A DNA stretch of 62,783 bases, filler included. It is 7 parts of 7 records of this genome, joined end to end, with 100 filler letters (N's around TTAATTAATTAA, not from the genome) between each part and the next. Parts side by side here need not be neighbours in the genome. Positions count along the whole stretch, not along the records: positions 1 to 18,938 come from SRR31147125_27652; 6 more parts are not named here. One strand, given 5' to 3'. The translations under genes and the position numbers were made by a program. Position 1 is the first letter of the stretch. The number at the start of each line of letters is the position of its first letter. Positions 1 to 12,642 of this stretch are shown here, in pieces. A model generated the notes under the pieces. The model searched no databases. It was not told the origin of the DNA and worked only from the letters and a program-made list of their open reading frames with translations.

Positions 1-3000
1 CCCCCCTGATTCGGCCTGTTCTTCGGAACGATGGCCCAGACCTTCTTGGCACTCACCGAATAGAGTCCGATCAGCTCGTTGTCCACATCAGCACTGAGAG
101 TGAAATCTCCGCCGGCGGTAATCGTCGCACCGCTGTTGAGATAGGATTCAGCGATCGCAGTGGTCTGCATGTAGGTTCCGCCAATGGACCCGGCAACACC
201 GAGAAAGGTCGGCGAAACCCCGAGACCAAGCGGACTGACCAGGTTAATACTGGACATCGACGAGCTTTCGATGGTCACATCTTCAGATGCGTTGATGGTG
301 GCGGCATTGATCACCACACTGCTGTCCGCGCCTGCCAGGTGCAGATCAAACGGAACGGAGAGGCTCACGCCGACGTAGGTGGTCATCAGCGTGTCGATCG
401 TCGTCTTTATCGTCGTTGCCGTGTTGAGGGCAAAGTTCTCCCAGTTGATGTCGGTTTCAGCTATCGTGCCTATCGGGTCATCATCCTGATAGAGCAGGAG
501 CGGCAACTGCGACGCACTCAGCTGGATCGACTCTGAAATCTTCACACCAACAGTTTCAGTCTCGTCCGCGATATCCTCACCACCGGGGCCGATCGAGAGG
601 ATCAGCCGGTAAGGCCGGACCTCCTGGACCACGAAATCGACATCGTTGTACTTCGATCCTTCCACGGAAATGGTCTGGCCGGCCACGAAACCGCTCTTGA
701 CGAAATCGGTGTCGCCGTCAAAGATACCGTCGATATACGGAGCCGGGCTCAACTCATCGTTATCCGGGTTCAGCGCGGTTACGAAGGTCAGCGTTCCTTC
801 TACCTCCGCAAAATCGGTGCCATTGAGCAGATCGGCAAGACCATCTTCCCACACTTCATAGCCAACCTTTCTCGCCGATGTTGCCGCCGTACTGATCAAC
901 ACGTTGGCGGCAGTCATGGACACGTTGTCTTCGATAACGATCGATGCCTCGGCCTGCTGGATCGTAAAGGACGGCAGGAACAGCGTAAGCCAGTCGGCCC
1001 AGCTCGGCTGGACGCCGCCATAGGAGGTGATGCGTATGTCTCCGGATTCGGAGACCAGCTCGATCCCGTCGGCGATGGTTACAGACGTCGCAGAACTGAG
1101 GATAATGTCCCCTTCCATCCATATCTTGTTCTTACTGTAGGTCGACGTGTCGATATGGATTGCTTCGATATCACGCTGCCAGATCCCACCGGGCGCCGGG
1201 CTGGACTGGTACAGGGTATAATCCGGAAAAATGTCGTCGCCGGCACCGCCGTCGAATAGATCCGTCCCGCCGCTCCACAGGAACTCATCATTTCCGTCAC
1301 CGCCGTAGAACATGTCATCGCCGGTGGTTCCCTTGAGCCTGTCGGCGTAAGGTGAGCCAACAATCACTTCAATGGATTCAACCGAGTCACCCTCGGCATC
1401 GCCGCCTGACAACGTCTCGGTTCCAAGATCGATATCGACCGATGCGGTCGAATCTTCATAGGAGACCGTATCTTCCCCATCACCGCCGATCAGCGTGTCG
1501 CCACCGGCACCGCCGACCAGCAGGTTATCGCTGCTGTCGCCGACCAGGGTGTCGCCATATGCCGATCCGATCACGTTTTCGATACCGAAATAGGTATCTC
1601 CGGCAGCCTCACCCGTGTTGAGCCCCGGTGTCTCCAGATAAACCGTGACCGACGTATCGCTGTATTCGTAGGATATCGTATCGTTGTCGACATCTTCGCT
1701 GTCGGAAGCTCCTAAGAGGTAACCAAACAGTGCATCGGCACCGGCACCACCGATGAGGGTATCGGCTCCCGATCCGCCGATGAGGGTATCATCACCGCCC
1801 AGCCCCATCAAGATATTGTCATTGTCGCTGCCGATCAGCAGATCGGAGAACGGCGTACCCGTCAGATTCTCGATATCGACGATCTGATCGATCCCGCTGC
1901 CAATCGTATCCTGGAAACCTTCACCGGAGAGATCCACCACCACACCGGCGCTGCTGTTCTCATAGGACAGGGTATCAGTGCCGAGACCACCTTCTATATA
2001 ATCGCCACCATCCTGCTCATGGATGAAATCGTCTCCCTCGTCGCCGAGGAGAATGTCACCACCGGCCATGCCGAATATCTGGTCATGCCCCTTGCGACCC
2101 TCGATAATGTTGTCCTGTCCATCTCCAACCAGCGTATCATCATGGTTTGAACCAATGATGTTGACCATTCCGCTCAGCGTATCAGTGGAACCGTACCCGT
2201 CGACACCGCTGCCGGTAATCAGATTGACAGCAACACCGCCAGGATCATCCGTGTACGAAACCGTGTCCCGGCCACTGCCGCCAATCAAGATATCCTCGCC
2301 ATCATTGCCGATCAGCACATTATCCGAACTATCCCCGGACAGGATATCGTCGAACTGCGAACCGCTCAGATTCTCTATATCGACGTAAGAGTCCCCTGCA
2401 GCCTCTCCGACATTATCTCCGGGCTCGTCCAAATATACCTCCACGCGCCCAACTGCCTCCGCATAGGATGCGGTATCCAGGCCAATGTCATCATCGCCCG
2501 CACTGTCCAGGGTGAACCCAAAAAGCGCGTCACTACCCAACCCGCCTTCCAGGATATCCGAATCACCGCCGCCTATCAGGGTATCATCGCCCGCGCCGCC
2601 CCTGAGATAGTCGTTGCCGTCGCCGCCGGAGAGCACATCGGTACCGGCACCGCCTTCGAGTTCGTTAGCCAGTATATTGCCGGTAATCGTATCAGCATAA
2701 GCGGATCCGACAACATTCTCGATCTCGGTGATCTCGTCGCCTTCGGCCTCGCCGCCACTGGTCTCACCCGTCGCCAGGTTAATGGTAACTCCGCCGGAAT
2801 TCGCATACGTTATCGTATCGCCACCGACCCCACCCTCGAGTACATCCGCGCCAGCTCCACCTTCGAGAAGATCATGCCCGTCTCCGCCGGAGAGGATGTT
2901 GTCGCCCGCGTCACCGATCAGGATATCTGCGCCGGCCGAGCCGGACAGGTTTTCAATCCCGTTCAGCGTCTCGGATACGTCGCTTCCCCACACTGCGCTG

Positions 3001-6000
3001 CCTGTCACCAGGTTCGCGGTTACACCGGCAAACCCGAGGTTGATGAATAATGTGTCGTAGGCAGCCGTATCGTTGCCGGCTCCGCCGTATATTTCATTTA
3101 TACCCAGCCCACCTTCGAGCAGATCATTCCCGGCCTCGCCATAGAGAAAATCCTTTCCATCACCGCCGAGAAGATGATCGTCGCCGTCACCACCGTACAA
3201 TCGATCTTTGCCGCCACCGCCCAGAAGAATATTGTCCTCCTGGTTGCCGTACAGATAGTCGTTTCCTGATCCACCGAGCACACCCTCAACGCCTATGGCC
3301 TCGATATTGTTTGGGTTTTTTCCTGTTGCAAGGTCGACTTTAATCCCTTTTGTAAAATCGGAATAATCAAGGATATCCGTTCCATCAGGTCCACCGTCCA
3401 GGATACCGGAAAAAGACGTTCCCTTTTCTATCGTAAACCAGTCTCCTCCCTGACCACCGACGATTGAAACGATATTGGAAACACCGACAAGCGAACTGTA
3501 GTCATCCGTTGCCGAAACGCTGCCATCCGCATGGAGCGTGAACGTAACAGCGTTGTAGGCGATAGAGAAATCCAGGGAATTGTCACCCTCGTCATCATCG
3601 AGGACATCATCTCCCCACTGGTCACCAAACAGATAGGTATCCTGCCCCCGACCTCCGAGAATCTGATCATCCCCGTCTCCACCCTCGATGGTATCTCCAC
3701 CACGATAGCCTTCCAACCGATCATCTCCTGCCCCCCGGCCAACACGTTGACCAAATCGTTTCCTTCAAGAACGTCATCATGATCGGAACCAGTCAGGTTC
3801 TCGACGGCGATGAGAGCATCCTGGTTTCCAAAACCATCGGTTGCCCTTCCCTGCGCACCGGCAAACCCGAGCTCGACAATTACTCCGAAAGGATCATACT
3901 GGTAGGAAACCGTGTCTTCTCCATCTCCGCCGTCAATCGTGTCCGCCCCGCTGCCGCCGTCAATCGTGTCGTCACCACCGCCGCCCGCAATGTGATCATC
4001 ACCCAGGTATCCGAAGAAAATATTATTGCCGCTGTTTCCGGTCAGGACATCAGAGAAATCCGAGCCGAGAATATTCTCCACCTCATCGAGCGTATCACCC
4101 TCCGCCTGCCCCCTGAGGCTTCCCCCGTCTCCAAATTGACCGTCACGCCAGCGTCAGAGTCCGTGTAGCTCACCCCATCGCTGCCTGCGCCACCATGAAG
4201 CATGTCGCTGCCGAAACCACCATCGAGCACGTCGTCGCCCGCGTCACCGAAAAGAGCATCGTGACCTGAAAAACCGAGGAGGATGTCGTTGCCGCCAGCT
4301 CCGTAAATCGTGTCGCTGCCAACTCCGCCCCGGATGATATTGTCTTGCTCATCGCCGGTGAGTGTGTCTGAAAAAGAACTTCCGGTCAGGTTTTCAATAT
4401 CAACCAGTTCATCAGATCCTGTTTCCAACCCGGTCAGCTGGCTTCCGGAGAGCGAGAGGTTGACAGAAACACCGTGATAGGCACTTTCGTATGATGCGGT
4501 GTCGCTTCCATCGCCACCCAGAAGGCGGTCATCACCACCTCTGCCCTCGAGGATGTCGTCGCCTTCTCCGCCGCTGAGCTCGTTGTCGAACTCATCTCCA
4601 ATAAGGAGGTCACTGTAGTCCGAGCCGGCCAGGTTCTCCACTGCCGACAAGGTGTCGCCGGCAGCCTCACCGGACAATCCCAGACCAAGACCCAGATCAA
4701 CCACAACCGTGTCATCTGCATTCTCATATGACGCATCATCAGTCCCATCACCGCCATCGAGATCATCCATCCCGAGACCGCCTTCGAGGATGTCGTCGCC
4801 TGCTTCGCCGTACAGCTGGTCATCACCGGACTCGCCTTCAAGCGTATCAGCCCCGCCGCCGCCATAAAGCTGGTCCGCACCGTCGCCGCCGCTGATAACG
4901 TTGGCCGAACTATCTCCGATCAGGATATCATCACCCGCTGACCCGCTCAGGTTGTGAATATCATAGAACTCGTCTCCCGCCGCGTCACCGGTGTTCTCGG
5001 TCGAGTTGCCCAGGTTTACCATCACACCATCCGAGGTGTCGCGGTAATCAGCAGTATTAGTGCCGGCACCGCCGCTCAGGTAATCTGCGCCGCTTCCGCC
5101 GAGGAGGCTGTCATCTCCATCCTCACCATACAGGTCGTCGTCCCCGCTGCCGCCTATCAGGATGTCGGCCGCACTTCCCCCATGCAGCTCATCGTCCCCG
5201 CCAAAACCAGCGAGCATGTTGATTCCCGATCCGCCAATCAGAACGTCATTGTAAGCGGACCCATAGAGATTTTCGATGCCTGAAAAGGTATCACCGGCCG
5301 CATCGCCGGTATTCAGCGAGGTATCCGAAAGCGACACATACACGCCGCTTCCTGCATCACTGTAGGAAACCGCATCACTGCCAGTTCCACCAACAATCTC
5401 GTCCGCGCCGATCCCGCCCACCAGGATATCCGCACCGCCGTCACCCTCGATGTAATCATCGCCGCCGCCGCCATAAATCACATTGTCATCATCGCTGCCA
5501 ATCAGGACATCGTCAAACCCGGAACCACGAAGGTTCTCCACGCCGCTTATCGTATCGATACCGGTGGACGTTCCAGTGTCCTGCTGCCAGTCAACGCCGA
5601 GCACGACCTGTACCACATCCGTCGCATTCTCATAGGAAACGGTATCGACACCGTCCCCCCCGACCAGCAGGTCGTCACCGCCGAGGCCTTCGATGATGTC
5701 GTCGCCCGTGCCGGCGAAAATCATGTTGTCGTTATCATTCCCGCCTATGATGTCATCGTACTCGGAACCGAAAATACCATCGATGTTGATGAGGTTGTCA
5801 GACCCGCCGCCACCGGTGTCCTGGTATCCGGAATGTGACAGAAATACGGTGACCCCGGCTTCCGCGTCGGTATAGCTGACCGTATCGAAGTCCCCCGAAT
5901 TCGGTTCATCAGGACCGGCCTCGAATCCGTCGATGTCATCATCGCCGAGTCCCCCCACAAGGTAGTCACTGCCGGAACCGCCCGACAGAGAGTCATCCCC

Positions 6001-9000
6001 CGCATCACCGATCAGCGTATCGTCACCGCCTGCTGCAGCTATGGTATCATTCCCCAGACCACCGACCAGAACGTTATCGTTTGCATCACCGATCAGCACG
6101 TCCCCATAGTCGGTGCCGACAACATTTTCAATGCCACTCAACTGATCTCCGGCAGCATCGCCGGTATTGACCGAGTTATCCGTCAGGCTGACGGTGACTC
6201 CTGCTGTAGCATCAAGGTAGGACACGATATCGTTGCCGCTGCCGCCGGCTATGATGTCACCCTCTGCACCGCCGGAGAGCTGGTCATCACCTTCTCCCCC
6301 GTCAAGTGTGTCGATCCCCTGCTCACCTGCCAGCAGGTCATGCCCTCCGTTGCCGATGAGCTCATCTGCCCCGCCACCGCCAAACAGCATGTTGTCCTGA
6401 TCATCGCCGATCAGAATGTCGTCGTACGCAGAACCAATCAACGATTCAACCGTATCGAGCGAATCAACTCCCTGTGAACCGGTATCCTGAGCATCGCTTC
6501 TGCGCAGGTCCACGGTTACCGAACCGGTCGCGTTTTCATATATCCCGATATCGAATCCGTCACCACCCGCCAGGACATCGTCGCCGAGACCGCCCTCGAG
6601 CAGATCATCGCCGCCGCCGCCACGGATCGTATCATCACCCAGCCCGCCATGGATGTAGTTGATCGCCGAATTGCCGATCAGCAGATCATTGCCCGAGCCG
6701 CCAATGACATTATCGATCATGCTGACCCCGGCAGTTCCTTCTGCAGCAGCCGTCGCGCCGCCATCTGCCGACTCCAGCTCAACCGTTACGCCTGTGGTGT
6801 ATGCAGAGTAGTCCAGCGTGGTTACAAATTCCCCGGCACCTGCCAGTGTACCGGCAAAGATTGCCTGATCATCGAATGCAAACGTCGTTGCTCCACCTGC
6901 ACCAACAATACTTTCTATACCATAGACATCGCTGAGGAGATTGACGCCGCCGCCGTCAGCGGCGCTGAACGCCCCCGCCAGGTGCAGCTCAACAGTCAGC
7001 GTATCGGTTACTGCTGTGAAGTCGACGGTGTCAGGAGTCTGAGATGCCAGAGAGTCGCCCGGTATACCGAGCTGTACGGGAGTGGACCCAAGGCCCGCCT
7101 CGGTTTTCAGGTCGGTAATCAGGTTGGAGACGCTGGTGATCGCCTCACCGCCAAGCAGCTGCAGCAATGCGGAAAAATCGTCGATTATCGTATCCTGCCC
7201 GAAGCCGTCCTCGAATGCATAGACGTCCCCGTCACCACCACCGCCGAGGAAGTCATCACCGCCTGCTCCAGTCAGGCGGTTCGCCGACGCATCACCGATC
7301 AGCACGTCCGCAAACTCGGAGCCGCGAACGTTTTCCACGCCCTTTATTGTGTCGGTTCCGGCACCGATCGTGTTCTGGGCTATGGGAATCCACAGGTTCA
7401 CGAAAACCGCGTCGCCTGCATTCTCATATGATACCGTGTCGGCCCCCGTGCCGCCGATAAAGGTGTTGTTGCCGGCACTCCCGATAAAGAGGTCATCGTA
7501 ATCCGACCCCTCAACTCCTTCAATCGATGTAAACGTGTCTGTTCCCGCTCCGAGGGTATCCTGGCCGATACCGCTGATACCGAGGTCGACGGCTATCGCT
7601 TGTTCGGCAAGCGTGTACGATGCCAGGTCGGTGCCGACACCGCCGTCCAGCGTATCATCACCCATCCCCCCTTCCAGGGAATCGTCACCGCCGCGCCCGA
7701 ACAGATTGTCATCCCCGAGGCCGCCGTAGAGAACATTTCCGGTTCCATCCCCATACAGCCAATCGGCAAAGTCACTGCCCACCACTCCCCTGATCTGCGT
7801 CAGCGTATCCTGGCCGCCGCCCCCACTGGTGCTGCCGCTGCCCAGATCCACCGTCACCGCTGACTCGGCGAGTGCATAACTGGCGATATCCTCATCACCG
7901 GAGAAATAATCGATCACATAACTATCCAGCGTCCCTCCATCGAGGATGTGCTGGGCAAGTTCAGGCCCGAAGAAATCGGTGAGCACCGTCAGGTCTGTCG
8001 TGAGAATCGCGGTAGCCAGGTCATTCTCTATACCCCCGGCGATGAAATCGTCACCGGTTCCGCCGTCCAGCGTATCGACGCCGTCCCGACCGTAAAGCGT
8101 ATCAGCGCCCCCGCCGCCGGCCAGATAGTTATCTTCCTCGTTCCCCCAGATGGTGTCAGCACCGCTTCCGGTGACAACATTTTGGATATTGTAGAGATTC
8201 TGTTGCTCGTGCTCGGTCTTGTAGTACGCACCGATGCTTATGCCAATTACCGGGAGCGTGACCCCAAGATTAACCTCCACATCAGTCGTGAAATCGGAAA
8301 AATCCAGGGTATTAATGCCGCTGTCCGTGTTGTCCAGTCCAAGCAGCTGGAAGACGGTATCTTCAGCGCCGATGCTGCCGCCGAGCTGTGCACCGTTCTC
8401 GAATACAAACCGGTCGTCGCCCTGGCCGTCTATAATGTTCTCGACATTGGCAACCCTGAACAGGGAGTTGGTGCCGTCGGTTACCGATACCGTGTTGTCG
8501 CTGTGTATCGTGAATAGAAGATCAGCCGTAACCCGCCTGAAATCGAGCGTGTCGTTGCCCCCATCACTTTCTTCGATGATGGTATCAAACCCCCAGCCGT
8601 CCTGGAATACATAGGTATCGTTGCCCGACTCCCCGGTGAGATGATCATCGCCCTCACTTCCATCAATCACGTTGTCGCCGACCGTTCCGCTGACTATATC
8701 ATTCAGGGTCGTGCTGGTGATATTGTCGATGTCGACCAGATCATCCAGATCCTGAATAACCCCGGCTGCCGACGCGACAAAGGAAATGGTGTCCTCGGCG
8801 GCCCCGCCGATCATGTCGAACACATCCGGGCCGGAAACCACCGTATCGATATTTTCGATCCCCGTCGTCCCCGTTGCTTCCCCTGTTGCCAGATTCACCG
8901 ATACCGGTGATTCATAGGCTGAGTAGTCGAGGGTGTTGATGGTGCCGCTGCCGCCGTCGATAGAGCCATCGAATGCCGCCCCGGCCTCGAAGATGAAGGT

Positions 9001-12000
9001 ATTTGTACCGCTGCCGCCGATCAGCCTGCCGATATCGGAAACAAAGCTGAGTGTCGAGCTGTCTGCAATCAGACTCAGTGCAGAGTCTGGTATGAAACTC
9101 AAGTGGTTCCAGATCCCGGAACTGTTGTCCACGGATACGGTGCTGTCCGCATGCAGGTAAAAGCTCAGATTGTCGGATGAATCACTGAAGTCGAGAATAT
9201 TGCTGCCGGTTATATCGTCTATTACATCATCGCCCCAGTCGTCGCCGAACCTGAATATGTCGTCGCCGAAACCGCCAGCCAGCGTATCGGCTCCCCCACC
9301 GCCATAGATGACATTAGCGGTACCATCACCGGTCAATATATCATCATACGCTGACCCCTGCAGATTCTCGATATTTTTGAGGATATCGACACTTCCTGAA
9401 CCATCGGTGGCCTTCTCCTTGACAAGGCTGGCATTTACCGCAGAACTGTCCTCTTCATAGGATGCGGTATCATTGCCCACTCCACCGTCGAGCAGATCCG
9501 CCCCACCGCCGCCGATCAGCGTATCATCGCCGGCCAGGCCTGAAAGCTCATTGTCGTTCTCATCACCAACGATCAGATCGTCATATGCGGAACCAACGAC
9601 CGATTCGATCTCCGCCAGGGTATCGGTCCCCTCCTCTCCACCGCTGCCGATATTTCCATCACTGGCAAAGTCCTGGCTCAGGTTGACGGTCACCCCGGCA
9701 CCGCTGTTGACATAGGAAATCGTATCACTGCCAAGCCCGCCGAAAAGGTGATCGCTGCCCGCCCCGCCGGTCAGCGTATCATCGCCGTCCCCACCAATCA
9801 GCAGGTTATCGTGCTCATCACCGGAAATTGTATCATCGCCGCTGCCGCCGATAATATCCGTGATATTGGTAAATGATCCGACCGGCAGATAGGTTTGAGT
9901 CTCATCTGTGGCGTCCACGGCCTGTACGTTTCCATCTTCGAGATCAATGGTGAGATGGTCGGTGTAGTTCGAGAAGTCGAAACTGTTGCTCCCACCACTC
10001 CCCCCGTCGATAAATCCGCTGATGACGGAACCGGCCTCAAAAACAAAGGTATTACTCCCATCCGTCTGTGGATCAGTCGAAGATGAGCCAACCAGGTTCT
10101 CCACCATGGTCCGCTCTATGAAACTGCCGCTCTCATCAAGATCACTGACCGATACGGAATGCGCGCCCTCTATCGACTCAACACTCTCGCTTCCTGCAAC
10201 GTCGCCGTGGATCGTAAAGAGCAGGTTCAAATTGGTGCCCGAGAAATCAAGCGTATCGTTACCATGATTGTCGTACTCCTGGATGGTGACCGGTGACCAA
10301 TCTGCACCAAAGAGATACGTATCGTCACCGGATCCGCCGATTACCGATTCGAAATGATCGTACGCCCTGTTTTCAGCATCCGGATTAACCACCAGACGCG
10401 ATCCGGCTTGAAGATTAACCACCAGGCCGTCCGCTGTACTTGAGAAATCAATAGTGTCGAAGCCTTCACCCGAATTCTCCTGGATCGAATCAGCCGACCA
10501 ATCACCTTCAAGGACATACGTGTCGTTTCCGGCGAGGCCGACGAGCGTATCCGTTCCCATACCTCCTTCCAGAACGTTGTCTGAGTCGTTACCGGTGAGC
10601 GTGTCGTCGCCGGAACCACCGATACTATTCGCAACGTTGGTCACAGTACCTGCAACACCGGTCGCCGAACCGGTATTAAGATTGACATCTACAGAACCAC
10701 TCCACCCTGAATAATCGAGGGTGTTCACCCCGTTCGCTCCGGCATCGATGCTGCCGTTGAACAGCGCCCCTTCCTCGAAGATAAAGCTGTTGTTACCGGA
10801 ACCGCCAACGATCTTCTCTATATTCCGGACTCTTGTGAGGCTGCTGGAAAATGTTTTTTCCTCCCCCGTTACCAGGTCGACATCTCTAGATGTTGTGGTA
10901 ATCGAAACAGAACCGTCATCGTGTATCGTGACCTCCAGGTCGGTACCAACTGCAGAAAAATCCAAGGTATCTTCGGTACCAGAGCTGTCTGCGACGATAT
11001 CATCACCCCAGTTATCCTGGAACTGGTAGGTATCGTCACCTGCCCCCCCGGTGAGGGAATCGTTCTCTCGCTCATTACTGTAAAGCGAATCATCCTCGTC
11101 CGTTCCTTCGATCACCTCCATCAGGTGCTCATAACCGCCTGTGTCGATCACGCTGCCGAGCGAGGCTGTCTCAACGCCACCACTTGTTGACTCGAGAACC
11201 CAGTCTCCCCCAAGGGAGGGATGACCGGTCGCATCGTCGGATGCGCTCACATCTGCCCCGGTCAGAACGGCAAGAGCATTGACAAAGCTATTGTCCGCAT
11301 CTCCAGCGCTGATATTACAACCGTAAAGCAGAATATCGCCGTCAGTGGTCAGCGCATCTCCCCAGGTCTGTAACTGCTCACTTCTCTCCGAGAGCGTATC
11401 CAGTGTCAATTCACTGTCACCAAGCTGCAGGGACCCCGGTGTACCATGCGAAAGTATGTGTATCGCCGTAATATCACTTCGCTCCGCGAGAACCGAGGTC
11501 AGTTCAGCAATCCCATCCTGATCACCTTGGAGTATCACTTTCTCATACACGTCACCCGTTGATGATCGCTCAGGGAGCTGATCCGCAAGATCCAGGTATG
11601 CAGCTACTGAGCTGTCCACAACAACCAGTTGTAAGACCTCTTCGGCAGCTTCATCAGCAACTGTTTCCTCAAGGCCCTGTTCCACCGACTGAGAGCCCGG
11701 CTCCTCAGTCGGGTCGAGCAGCCCCACGTCCTCGCCTGGACCCGCCGTTTCCGCAGATTCACCTTCCGAGGTAGAGAGAAGATACTGACCGGAATCCTGG
11801 TTTTCGGCAGAGAGAAGATCCGACATCTGGTCATCCGGAATAATATCTTCAGGGGCCGATTCGGTTAGAGCTGTGGTTTCATTGGCCAGGGACCCGGGTA
11901 CATCCTCCCTGGGCTGGTCAGGGCTGGTTGACTCTGCTGTTTCGAGATCGGATCCCGACCCGGGAACTTGTTCACTGTGCGCGGCATCCTCAGGGTCTGC

Positions 12001-12186
12001 CGTATCCAGCTCAAATGGCTGCTCGATAGCCGGAGGAATGATTACATTTTCGGGCTGTTCTATACCTAAATCTGCTGACAGGAGTATTCTCGGCTCCAGC
12101 GGTTCAAACTGCATTTTCCGCCGAACGGTGACCTTACCCTGTTGCTTTCGCTTTCTGTTTCGATTTCTTTGCAGACGCTTCAACAT
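1..12186 (-). CDS. Giant secreted RTX/calcium-binding repeat protein (adhesin-like) with N-terminal LEPR-XLL motif and DUF4347 domain; >4,000 aa, 3' end outside the window; two homopolymer frameshifts (~4110, ~3733)
   Basis: ORF 4042..12186 begins with a basic stretch, then [13 protein letters not shown], then a DUF4347-like segment ([10 protein letters not shown]...DILLYGC...ASDDATG...GGDWVLE) and dozens of GGxGxDxLxG nonapeptides. Adding one G at the C5 run 4109-4113 joins ORF 3428..4081. Adding one G at the C6 run 3731-3736 gives a frame I read without a stop down to position 1. Confidence 0.9.
1230..11100 (-). repeat. Protein-level tandem repeats: RTX nonapeptides interleaved with longer DTxSY...V.V.L...GDT...IEN..GS...D.L.G modules and DTLDFS...F.IH.D..VSV modules
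   Basis: Recurring motifs in the translation; degenerate at DNA level; boundaries approximate. Confidence 0.85.
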
Positions 12187-12264
12187 GACATCACCCTGAT
12201 GTTATTGTTTGCCGGCTATCACATCTCTCAGGTCACCCTGTGATTCTTGTTGCAATACAGCAGT

Positions 12265-12642
12265 TTAATTCAGCACGACTACCAGTTCGTCGCTCAGGGC
12301 CTGATACGGTTGCCTTTCAGCAAGTTGTCCCTGGCGGGTGGCAGGATCAGACAAATCTGTTGAGTCACCGAACTCAATGCGATCTTCCGCAAGCCCCTTT
12401 GCCGATAAAACCTTTTGAATATAAAGTGCTCTCTCCAGCGGTCGGATCATATCGCCTTGTGCAGCACGTGGGACCGATAGGACAAGCTTCGTGTGAGGCT
12501 CACTGATCAGTGTATCGACAAGCATGTCGAGAGTGTTCAGGAGCGGCTCGCTCAAATTCAGTGAATTCGGTTGAAAATCCCGGATTATCAACGAAATCGT
12601 CTTTTTCAGAAACGGTTGGAACAGGTTGCTTTTCGTTCTCAT
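12265..12642 (-). CDS. Degenerate OmpA-C-like domain, probably the frameshifted C-terminus of the TolC protein
   Basis: FQPNSLNLSEPLLNTLDMLVDTL...ERALYIQKVLSAKGLAEDRI resembles the OmpA C-terminal pattern. It overlaps the TolC tail in another frame and ends 78 nt before the giant-protein start. Confidence 0.45.
   Translation of the reverse strand: MRTKSNLFQPFLKKTISLIIRDFQPNSLNLSEPLLNTLDMLVDTLISEPHTKLVLSVPRAAQGDMIRPLERALYIQKVLSAKGLAEDRIEFGDSTDLSDPATRQGQLAERQPYQALSDELVVVLN

Noticed and set aside
3731-4113. Phase variation or programmed frameshifting of the adhesin at G-runs
   Set aside because: The runs are only 5-6 nt, and the same kind of error appears in unrelated genes on other contigs.
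184-12506. Dozens of short ORFs on both strands within the RTX gene
   Set aside because: Shadow frames of a GC-rich repetitive gene; they give Pro/Ser- or Arg/His-rich nonsense translations.
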